27,572 nucleotides of DNA, from positions 1 through 27,572 of the forward strand of contig JAWALG010000011.1 in the NCBI GenBank assembly GCA_038886995.1. Direction: 5' to 3'. Shown piece by piece: positions 17,387 to 24,965 of the stretch. The notes under the pieces are model-generated. The model searched no databases. It saw nothing but the letters and a program-made list of their open reading frames with translations, and was not told the origin of the DNA. The stretch comes from Candidatus Iainarchaeum sp. GTDB taxonomy: Archaea; Iainarchaeota; Iainarchaeia; Iainarchaeales; DTGL01. Made by a program: the position numbers and the translations under genes. Each line of letters opens with the position of its first letter. The first letter of the stretch is position 1.

Positions 17387-17447
17387 TGGCTATGCCAATT
17401 TATGCCAAACTTGAGTCTTTTAAAATTATCCCTAAGTATGGATTTTT

Positions 17448-18146
17448 ATGATACGTGCAGTTGTGTTTGATTTAGACAACACTTTAGTGGACTTCATGAG
17501 AATGAAACGCGCAGCAAGCGAAGCCGCTGTAAGGGCCATGATTGAAGCAGGCCTACAGATAGATGAAGAAAAAGGCATTAAAATACTGTTTGGTATGTAC
17601 GAGAAGTACGGCATGGAAAACCAAAGCATATTCGACAGGTTTATCAGAGAGCTAAACGGCAAGATGGACTATGCAATGTTGGCAAATGCGATAGTTGCAT
17701 ACAGGAAAGCTAAGATGGGATCATTGACACCATATCCAAACACCAGGAAAACACTAATAAAACTCAAGTCGCTTGGCATAGGTTTAGGCATAGTAAGCGA
17801 TGCACCAATAAAGCAAGCATGGCTGCGCTTAGCCGAAATGAACCTCTGCGAATTTTTTGATGTTGTGGTTGCTCGCGGTCCTAAAGGAAAAATGAAACCA
17901 CATGCGAGCCCTTATAAGAAAGCACTCAAAGCATTAGGCCTAAAACCGCAAGAGGTTCTATTTGTTGGGGATAACCCGGCTAGAGATATTCTTGGTGCAA
18001 AAAAATTGGGAATGAGGACTGCCCTTGCGAGATATGGCCAAGTAGTGTATGACTCTGCTGTGGAAAAACCAGATTTTGAGCTCAAAGACATAAGCGAGCT
18101 TGTTGAAATAGTTAACTCACTAAATACTGATAAAGCAAATGGCTGA
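17448..18146 (+). CDS. HAD-superfamily hydrolase, subfamily IA (archaeal)
   Basis: FDLDNTL, IVSD, KP, FVGDNPARDILGAKKLGM. Confidence 0.92.
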   Translation: MIRAVVFDLDNTLVDFMRMKRAASEAAVRAMIEAGLQIDEEKGIKILFGMYEKYGMENQSIFDRFIRELNGKMDYAMLANAIVAYRKAKMGSLTPYPNTRKTLIKLKSLGIGLGIVSDAPIKQAWLRLAEMNLCEFFDVVVARGPKGKMKPHASPYKKALKALGLKPQEVLFVGDNPARDILGAKKLGMRTALARYGQVVYDSAVEKPDFELKDISELVEIVNSLNTDKANG

Positions 18147-18183
18147 GTGTTTGGCTTTAATCTGTGCGGACCTTCCACCACTT

Positions 18184-19155
18184 TTATTTTATTCTCGCAG
18201 AAGCCAGTTCTATGCACTTATTAATGATTTTATCAAGGTCTTCTGCTTTGCCAGTGAAAGAAGCAGCGGTTGCGTGGCCACCGCCACGACCCTCAAAAAA
18301 AAGAGGCAGTTTCTGAAATATGTCATCTGCAAGATCTAAGCTATAACTTTTTGCAAATAAAAAATCTGCTCTTCCAGAAACGCGTGCTTGTCCTTCGGTT
18401 ACACCACCAACAAAAGCCAAGTCAGCGCCGCAGCTTATTAACGCTTCAGCAGCCTGTGCCTCGAATGACCCTATGTTGCTCTTTGCAATTACTATATCGC
18501 CAATCCTTAATATCTCAACTTTTTGCAAGGCCTTCAATACAGCAATCTTTTCAGATATGTTCTTCTGCTGAGATGCCATGGCTAAAATTTCGTTAAACTC
18601 TTTGCCGCTAATCTTTAACATTTCAGATAATATTTCAAAGGTTTTTTTGCTTGCAAAAGAAAACCTATCGGTGTCGGAAATTATACCCAAAGCAATAAGA
18701 AGCGCTTGCTCTTCGTTTATCTCTATTTTCTCAGCCATTAGGAACTCGCAAAGCACTTCAGTAGTAGAGGCAGCATCTTCGATTATTAAGCTGTTTTCCT
18801 CATCCGCAATGGAATCCCGACTTCTTGTATGGTGATCAAAAAGGAATTTTTGGCAACCAGATCTGCGAACTTCTTCCTCAAAGCAGCCGAGCATTTCATA
18901 AGAATTAAGGTCAACAAAAGCCAGAACATCAAAAGTCGAAAAGTCTGGCTGCATAGAGTATGGTATGTCCAAGTAGTCCGAAACGTCCTTTGCTTTCTTG
19001 TTGATGTGTTCTGGCACAGCTATTTCGACATTGTTGTTTTTAACAAGTGCTGTGCGCAAAAGTGCTGCAGATGCTATAGCATCAACATCAGCGCCTTTAT
19101 GTGTTATAATAAGTATATTTTTGCCTTTAATTCGCAGAATATCTTTGGCTGCCAT
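18184..19155 (-). CDS. DHH/DHHA1 phosphoesterase (NrnA-like)
   Basis: THKGADVDA, VD, DHH, ASTTE, GIISDTDRF, SGRA, GGGHATAA. Follows pfdB in the operon. Confidence 0.9.
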   Translation of the reverse strand: MAAKDILRIKGKNILIITHKGADVDAIASAALLRTALVKNNNVEIAVPEHINKKAKDVSDYLDIPYSMQPDFSTFDVLAFVDLNSYEMLGCFEEEVRRSGCQKFLFDHHTRSRDSIADEENSLIIEDAASTTEVLCEFLMAEKIEINEEQALLIALGIISDTDRFSFASKKTFEILSEMLKISGKEFNEILAMASQQKNISEKIAVLKALQKVEILRIGDIVIAKSNIGSFEAQAAEALISCGADLAFVGGVTEGQARVSGRADFLFAKSYSLDLADDIFQKLPLFFEGRGGGHATAASFTGKAEDLDKIINKCIELASARIK

Positions 19156-19161
19156 TGGCAA

Positions 19162-19500
19162 CTACTCTTCTTTTTCTTTTGCTTCTATCTGCGACTTGAG
19201 CTTGTTTAGGCGGTTTATAAGGGAATCTTCCTGCTTTTGCATTGTATCTATCTTGGATTCGAGCTGTTCTTTAAGCTCTTTAAGTTCCTTTTCCGCATCT
19301 TTTGTGTTCTTTTCAATCATTATATTGCCAACCAACTTGTATACTTTTTCCTGCTTAGAGTCCTTTAGCTCACCTAAGGCGCTGTCAACGATAGCAAGCT
19401 GCATCTGAAGCTGCTGCTTCCTTGCGCCCAAGCTTAAGAGTTGCTCTCTGCTCTTTTGGAATTCAATGATTCTTTGCTGTTTTTGCTGTTCCTCAGCCAT
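19162..19500 (-). CDS. pfdB: Prefoldin beta subunit
   Basis: Coiled coils flanking ALGEL..VYKLVGNIMIE hairpin; canonical operon position. Confidence 0.92.
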   Translation of the reverse strand: MAEEQQKQQRIIEFQKSREQLLSLGARKQQLQMQLAIVDSALGELKDSKQEKVYKLVGNIMIEKNTKDAEKELKELKEQLESKIDTMQKQEDSLINRLNKLKSQIEAKEKEE

Positions 19501-19533
19501 CTAAAAACCTCCTATTTTGTTATTGGAAAATTA

Positions 19534-19776
19534 TCATCTGATTTCAGCTATTTTTTTTGCAAGGGATAAATGGGACATTATGGAACTAAATGATGCCCTT
19601 AGCGCATTTTTGTCTTCAGCTATTATAACTAATTCTATGCTTTTCCCCCTACAATTGAACTTTGTTTTTGAGCGCCTCTGTTGTAGTACAATATCAGGCC
19701 TCACTCCCCAATATAATATTTTTGCTTCCTCAGGGCTTTTAAACAGAAGCTTTAACTCAATGCCTTGCTTAGCCAT
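19534..19776 (-). CDS. pcc1: KEOPS complex subunit Pcc1
   Basis: F.S.EEAKI.Y..V.PD..RS....I.AED..ALRA..S; located between rpo12 and pfdB. Confidence 0.85.
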   Translation of the reverse strand: MAKQGIELKLLFKSPEEAKILYWGVRPDIVLQQRRSKTKFNCRGKSIELVIIAEDKNALRASFSSIMSHLSLAKKIAEIR

Positions 19777-19777
19777 C

Positions 19778-19909
19778 TCATCTCGCTTTTATCTTTTTTG
19801 TGACCTCAGGCCTTGCTTTTAGCACAACCCTATATGCGCAGTATGGGCACCTAACTTGGTCTTTTGGCATCTCAGCAAACTCTTTTCCGCATTTAAGACA
19901 TTTATACAT
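19778..19909 (-). CDS. rpo12: DNA-directed RNA polymerase subunit P (Rpo12), 43 aa; below the ORF-track cutoff
   Basis: Manual translation MYKCLKCGKEFAEMPKDQVRCPYCAYRVVLKARPEVTKKIKAR*. AGGTG SD upstream; directly follows rpl37ae. Confidence 0.93.
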   Translation of the reverse strand: MYKCLKCGKEFAEMPKDQVRCPYCAYRVVLKARPEVTKKIKAR

Positions 19910-19912
19910 TTT

Positions 19913-20296
19913 TTACACCTGCCCATCATCAACTTGTTTTTTCTCTTCAACTTTTTGCTTCTTTTGATTTTCTTCTTTTTCCTCTGGTTCTTGTTCAGGC
20001 TCCTTTTGTTCAATGAGCTCCTTAAGCAATGGCAAGAATGTTTTAGTGCGCACCATTTTTTTGACGATAGTACCTGACATTGTATTTGGGGTATATGCCC
20101 CACCTGCAAACTTTGCTTTGCACTTCCTGCAGAAGAAAATCCCTGTTGATATTCTTTTTACAGATTCTGACTCACATTTTGGGCAAGTATGCTTTTTTCT
20201 TTGTTTTGACTCAACTTCAACAACGCTTTCTCTTATGGCTTTTCCATATCTTGGCCCAAAACGGCCGGCATATTTTACTTTCTTTGTGTCTCCCAT
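19913..20296 (-). CDS. rpl37ae: 50S ribosomal protein L37Ae (eL43) with charged C-terminal extension
   Basis: AGRFGPRYG..R, CPKC..VKRISTGIFFCRKC..KFAGGAYTP. Confidence 0.95.
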   Translation of the reverse strand: MGDTKKVKYAGRFGPRYGKAIRESVVEVESKQRKKHTCPKCESESVKRISTGIFFCRKCKAKFAGGAYTPNTMSGTIVKKMVRTKTFLPLLKELIEQKEPEQEPEEKEENQKKQKVEEKKQVDDGQV

Positions 20297-20318
20297 ACGA
20301 CTCCCCCACTTTGCAAGT

Positions 20319-21125
20319 TTAGTCTTCTCCTGCTAAGACCTCCTTAAGCTTTGACCTCAGTTCTTCCGCCTTTTCGAATGCCATTTCAAGGCAGCTTTCC
20401 AACTCTTGTTGTGTAAACTTTCCGGCAAGCCCTTTCTGCAGAGCGCAGAGCTGCTTGCCCTCGGTTGACCCTATGGAGATCCTCGCGTCTGCTGCCTTTT
20501 CTTCACTTATAGCAGCATCTGCAACTATCGTATTCCCAATCTTGAAGAATGTTGTCAGCAACGGAAGGCAGCTCAACTCAAGTTTACCAGAATATTCATT
20601 TTTTACTATCTTGTCACCATCTATCTTTGGAATCTTTGCAGTAAGAAGTGCGCCAAGCGCTGCAAGTGAGCTTGCATCAAAAAGATTGCCAGCATCGTTT
20701 ACCACATAAACATCTATGGTCACGATCCAGGCCTTTGTGGCCTCTTCTATAAGAAGCTGCTTGAAGTCAAGCGCTTTGCTTTCCCTTATGCATCTGTCAA
20801 CTACCCTTGCAAGCTCTATTGAGTATTCATCAGGAGGCCCAGTTTCGAATATGGGCGAAGCCATTGGCGTGAACTCAGCACCAACACTTATTGAACCCTC
20901 ATCAGGAGAATCAGGATAAGGTGTGCCTATTTCCATCTTTATCCCAGCGATTACGTCTGTTTCTCCAATGTTAACACGGCATGAGCCATCAGCGTTCTTT
21001 GAAAATTTTGGTGTTATTGAAATTGGTCTATATTCCGTCAATGCTCTGCCATCCACTCTTTTACCTTTCGCAAGGTAGGCCTTTGCCTTTTCACCTTGCA
21101 GCTCAAATAAGATATCATCCCTCAA
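20319..21125 (-). CDS. rrp42: Exosome complex component Rrp42
   Basis: GKRVDGR..EYR, ADGS..V.IGET.V.AGIK..PYPDSPDEG, GPP..IELARVVDR.IRES, GNLFDA, QKG. Start at TTG 21125 after GGTGA SD. Confidence 0.93.
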   Translation of the reverse strand: MRDDILFELQGEKAKAYLAKGKRVDGRALTEYRPISITPKFSKNADGSCRVNIGETDVIAGIKMEIGTPYPDSPDEGSISVGAEFTPMASPIFETGPPDEYSIELARVVDRCIRESKALDFKQLLIEEATKAWIVTIDVYVVNDAGNLFDASSLAALGALLTAKIPKIDGDKIVKNEYSGKLELSCLPLLTTFFKIGNTIVADAAISEEKAADARISIGSTEGKQLCALQKGLAGKFTQQELESCLEMAFEKAEELRSKLKEVLAGED

Positions 21126-21915
21126 GGAAATCACCACCTTGTGGCTCTCCGCCACTGCTTTCAAGACATTCCATCTCCTCATTTAGGGCTTCTATTGCCT
21201 TTTTTTCTTCACCCTCGATGTGCTCATATTTTTCTTTTATTGCTTTCTTCTGAATTTCATATACCTGCATGCACCCATTTAGCCCTAATTGAAAAGCTTT
21301 TTTCCATTCATCTAAGGTTAAAAGGCCATCCATCTGAAGAAGAACAACCTCCTTGTTTCTTGGCAATATTGCCATTGGCATATCGACTGCGTCTTCAGCG
21401 TCTTCTTCCTCTTTGCACGGGTCCAATATAAGCTGCCCATTGGCACGGCCAACAGCGCAAGCAGGTACAAGGTCTCTCATTGGTATGCCTGCATCAGCAA
21501 GTGCAACACTCGCTGCTGTGAGCGCAGCACATCTTGTGCCAGCGTTGCTGTCGAAGAGATATGCATATATGTCAATTGTAGTGTTTGCGAACCTCTCAAC
21601 AAAAATTGCGCTTTCTAATGCTTCTCCAGATACCTTAGATATCTCTATTTCTCTACGCCCCGGCTTTGCACTCTTTCTTTCAGGTACTGAAAAGGTAGCC
21701 ATCCTGTACACGTAATTTACGAGTGCCTTTGTCGGATTTTGTATGTGTTGCGGCAATGCTTCTCTTGGGCCAAAAACGCCAACAATTGCCTTATTCTGGC
21801 CCCACTCTATATAAGCTGAGCCATCTGCCCTGGTAAGAACGGATGGCACAATTTTTATACTTCTAAGCTCATCGATCTTCCTTCCATCAGGCCTTTCATA
21901 ATTTGCTTTTTCCAT
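21115..21915 (-). CDS. rrp41: Exosome complex exonuclease Rrp41
   Basis: RPDGR..ELR, RADGSAYIEWG, FGPRE, YRMATFSVPERK, RREIEISKV, AGTRCAA, ALADAGIPMRDL, D-x5-D, LLQMDG. GAGGTG SD before ATG 21915. Confidence 0.95.
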   Translation of the reverse strand: MEKANYERPDGRKIDELRSIKIVPSVLTRADGSAYIEWGQNKAIVGVFGPREALPQHIQNPTKALVNYVYRMATFSVPERKSAKPGRREIEISKVSGEALESAIFVERFANTTIDIYAYLFDSNAGTRCAALTAASVALADAGIPMRDLVPACAVGRANGQLILDPCKEEEDAEDAVDMPMAILPRNKEVVLLQMDGLLTLDEWKKAFQLGLNGCMQVYEIQKKAIKEKYEHIEGEEKKAIEALNEEMECLESSGGEPQGGDFLEG

Positions 21916-21925
21916 ATACACACCT

Positions 21926-22552
21926 CTATTCAGATGATGCCTTTTCGCTTAGCATCTTCTGTATTTTAAGCGTAAGGTTGCCTAAGTGGGACTCCCTCTC
22001 TATTTTATCAATTGCCCTTTTAAGCAATTCAATCCCCTGTTCTGTACCCTTAACCCACAAAATGCCGTTCATACCCACAATTACTGAGCATTTAGTCCCA
22101 TTTTGAAGAAGCTTTATCATACTTGCGTTTTTGCCTATGATTCTTGGCACTTTGGTTGGTTCAACAAGTAGGATTTCGCCGCCGTAAAGAGCCCTCACAT
22201 TTGTTAGTGATATTTCATTAATCTCATTTATCTTTGATACTTTAGCGCTTATTATGCTACCTTTTCTTAGCGGAACCCTTATCTCTTCTTTAGGGATGAA
22301 TGAATAATAAAACGAGTTCACATCTACGGCATAAACTGAATATTCCTCAGATACAACGACACCTATTACCAAATCACCTACTTTTGGAATATACCTGCCT
22401 TGCAAGGCAACAACCCTGGCTATGCCTTTATCTGTTCTTGCAATTCCCACGGTTTCAGCATATATCTTGCCGTTTTCCATAAACACATGCTGCCCAAGCC
22501 GTAACCTCGAATCACTTATAAGCTCTCCAGGAACTACAACTTTGGATTCCAT
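21926..22552 (-). CDS. rrp4: Exosome RNA-binding cap protein Rrp4
   Basis: VVPGE, YIPKVGDLVIG S1 domain, KVPRIIGKNASMI KH domain, VGMNGILW, IERESH..LT. Confidence 0.93.
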   Translation of the reverse strand: MESKVVVPGELISDSRLRLGQHVFMENGKIYAETVGIARTDKGIARVVALQGRYIPKVGDLVIGVVVSEEYSVYAVDVNSFYYSFIPKEEIRVPLRKGSIISAKVSKINEINEISLTNVRALYGGEILLVEPTKVPRIIGKNASMIKLLQNGTKCSVIVGMNGILWVKGTEQGIELLKRAIDKIERESHLGNLTLKIQKMLSEKASSE

Positions 22553-23256
22553 CAAGATGCCTCCTTATTCAGAATTTTTATCTGTGCTTCTCCTTGGGTT
22601 AGTTTGCTTATCTTGTCTATTAGCTCTGCTTTCATACCAGCCGGAACCTCAAGTACAGCAATTAATGAACCATCTTTCTGCCATTCCTGCTTTTTTATTT
22701 CATAACTGTATAATATTGGGCTAGCACGCCCAGCATGGTTAGCAGGCACCTTTATTGCAATCTCAAATTTTTCAACAGATATTGGCAACACTCTGCTTAG
22801 CTGTTTTATTATCTTTGTTGCTTGCTCTTCTGCTGGCTCAAATTCATTTATCCCTATTTTTAGTTCATTGATTGCCGTTTCAATCCTTGCTGGTGGGTGC
22901 TGTGCGTTTGTTTGCGGGTTGTAGGCGTTTTTGCAAATTATCTGTATTATCTCATTCTTCTTTTTCTCACGCAACTCTCTTCTCTGTTCAGTGGTGAGTT
23001 GAATCTCCCCCTTTGTTATTATCCTATTTGCGATTTCTGAAATGTTATTTGTACCAAATGCGTCTTTTACTACATGTTCCGACTGCCTTTCGCCCTTTGC
23101 AGCGTCTTTAAAGACCTCGTCAATTGCAAGCAGTTCATCAGTGTTTACTTTTTTACCTTTTTTAACTTCCATGGCTAAGTTGGGGTCCACTAATATTTCA
23201 AACTTTTCACCCTTATAGGTGTAACGTGCTACCACAGCATTTTCAATCTTGACCAT
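22552..23256 (-). CDS. sdo1: Ribosome maturation factor SBDS/Sdo1
   Basis: GEKFEILVDP, VFKDAAKG, GEIQLTTEQRR, NPQT..HPPARIE, KQEW..DGS, VPAG. Confidence 0.95.
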   Translation of the reverse strand: MVKIENAVVARYTYKGEKFEILVDPNLAMEVKKGKKVNTDELLAIDEVFKDAAKGERQSEHVVKDAFGTNNISEIANRIITKGEIQLTTEQRRELREKKKNEIIQIICKNAYNPQTNAQHPPARIETAINELKIGINEFEPAEEQATKIIKQLSRVLPISVEKFEIAIKVPANHAGRASPILYSYEIKKQEWQKDGSLIAVLEVPAGMKAELIDKISKLTQGEAQIKILNKEAS

Positions 23257-23280
23257 TAAAAACCACGCTTTGAAGTAAAA

Positions 23281-24009
23281 TTACTTTGAAACTATGGCCC
23301 GAAGCTCCTTTGCTCCTAGTTTCGTGTATGGCTTTCCATCTTCAATGTATGCAAACTCCAAATTATTTATCTCAAATGCTTCGTTTTTTTCTTTTGTTTG
23401 TTTTATAGTATTAACTATTAGCTTTATGCCGTCTTCAAGTCCAATTTTTTCGCTGTATTTCTTTTCTAGGAAGTCCATTGCCTTCTTTTTGTTTCTACCA
23501 ATTGCGGTTGCCTTGTACTCTGCTAAAGCACCAGATGGCTCTGTTTCAAATATGCGCTTGTTGCCATTGTTTATGCCACCAATTATGAAGCTTATGCCAA
23601 AAGGCCTCATGCCAGCATACTGTGTAAAAACCTGCTTTATTGAGCTTATCTCTTTTGCAAGATATTCAACATCTATAAGTTCATCGTAGTAAATCATGTT
23701 CTCTTGGGCAAGTTCCCTTGCTATCTTTACTAGTCGCCTTGCGTCACCAACAAGCCCTGCGCTTATTGCACCTATGTGGTCGTCTATCTTGAAAAGCTTT
23801 TCAACTGATTCTGGTATCATGAGGTTGCTTGTTATTGCCTTCTCAGCACCGAATAAAACCCCATTTGCATATACAAGGCCTATTCCGAGAGTTCCTTGTT
23901 CAACTATCTTTGAGGCATATTCAACCTGATAAAGTCGCCCCTTAGGCGAGAACATTGTTGCTGCGCGATCATACGCAGACGCCATCTTTGCTCCTTCGTC
24001 TATATACAT
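23281..24009 (-). CDS. psmA: Proteasome alpha subunit
   Basis: YDRAATMFSPKGRLYQVEYA, KIDDHIG..AGLVGDAR, TQYAGMRPFG, EPSG..YKATAIG. GAGGTGA SD before ATG 24009. Confidence 0.95.
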   Translation of the reverse strand: MYIDEGAKMASAYDRAATMFSPKGRLYQVEYASKIVEQGTLGIGLVYANGVLFGAEKAITSNLMIPESVEKLFKIDDHIGAISAGLVGDARRLVKIARELAQENMIYYDELIDVEYLAKEISSIKQVFTQYAGMRPFGISFIIGGINNGNKRIFETEPSGALAEYKATAIGRNKKKAMDFLEKKYSEKIGLEDGIKLIVNTIKQTKEKNEAFEINNLEFAYIEDGKPYTKLGAKELRAIVSK

Positions 24010-24149
24010 TGATTTCACCTCGTTTTAAAACAAAGATTTTAAGCATAAAAAGTTGCCCCAACTGAAGAATTTATATATGATAATAATTTAAATGTTTTCC
24101 AATAGCCCGTAAATTCTTCCTATTTGAAAAAAAGCCCCATTCTATGAAA

Positions 24150-24938
24150 CTACTTAGAGTAAATCTTAAACTCTGATTGTATGGGGCATTTTTGACAATA
24201 ATGGTCATGGAGCCCTGCACTATATGTTCCTTCCTTGAAGGACACTGGACCAATTACAATTACTTGGTTCTGCTTTAATGGTGGCCAATACCTTTCAGTG
24301 TAAAATTTAAGCAGTTCGCCCTCCCTAGCAACTCTTTCCTTGTCAGTCATTATGTCAAAAGACCAATAATTTTGGTCGGTGTTCTTTACAATGAACCAAA
24401 CTTTGGTTTTTGGTGTTATATCAACTCTCGAGATAAGAGAATCTGCTTCAAAATCAATTATTCTGCCACTTTTAATTTTTGCATGCACTACATAGTCATT
24501 TCTGCTCCCTACAATTAAAACAGGCAGGTCCTTCCATTCAAAGTTTGCATTTTCTGTAGTGCATTTAATAGCATAAGCTTCGTTTTCTTTTATCTCTTTT
24601 GTGAAAGGGAATGACTCATTCGGATCAACAGGTTTAACGAAGTTTGACTTAATGTTGCCAGCGTTTGTGTATGGAAACATTAAGAATATGCATTGTTTTT
24701 CAGTATCATTGTTGAGTTCAAGCTCTAAATTGCCGGATGGTACAAAAAAAAGTTTGTGCTCCGCAAGCTGGGACGCCTTAATTGTTATCTTTACATTGTT
24801 TTGTGGGTTTGTCCACAAATTAAAGAAAAAAAGCGAAACTGCAAAAAACACAATGAAAATGAGTGCTAACTTTATTTTCTTTTGCCCAAAAAACTCTTTA
24901 AATTTGTCCAATTGCATATCTAAATTATAGCGCCCCAT
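24150..24938 (-). CDS. Membrane-anchored extracellular protein, possible degenerate cupredoxin-like C-terminal domain
   Basis: N-terminal basic stretch plus TM (LALIFIVFFAVSLFFF), beta-rich body, C-terminal VKNTD..F....L....F.EGTY..HDHYCQKC. Start could be ATG 24917. Confidence 0.65.
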   Translation of the reverse strand: MGRYNLDMQLDKFKEFFGQKKIKLALIFIVFFAVSLFFFNLWTNPQNNVKITIKASQLAEHKLFFVPSGNLELELNNDTEKQCIFLMFPYTNAGNIKSNFVKPVDPNESFPFTKEIKENEAYAIKCTTENANFEWKDLPVLIVGSRNDYVVHAKIKSGRIIDFEADSLISRVDITPKTKVWFIVKNTDQNYWSFDIMTDKERVAREGELLKFYTERYWPPLKQNQVIVIGPVSFKEGTYSAGLHDHYCQKCPIQSEFKIYSK

Positions 24939-24965
24939 TTTTTATTTTTTTGTGTTCTATTTAGT

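Noticed and set aside
19819-20109. 96-aa minus-strand ORF with Cys residues
   Set aside because: Wrong frame. The region is explained by rpl37ae and the 43-aa rpo12.
21126-21182. Extended Rrp42 N-terminus from ATG 21182
   Set aside because: It lies deep inside rrp41. The GGTGA SD points to TTG 21125.
24186-24209. c-type cytochrome heme-binding motif
   Set aside because: The His residues precede the CxxC; there is no CxxCH.
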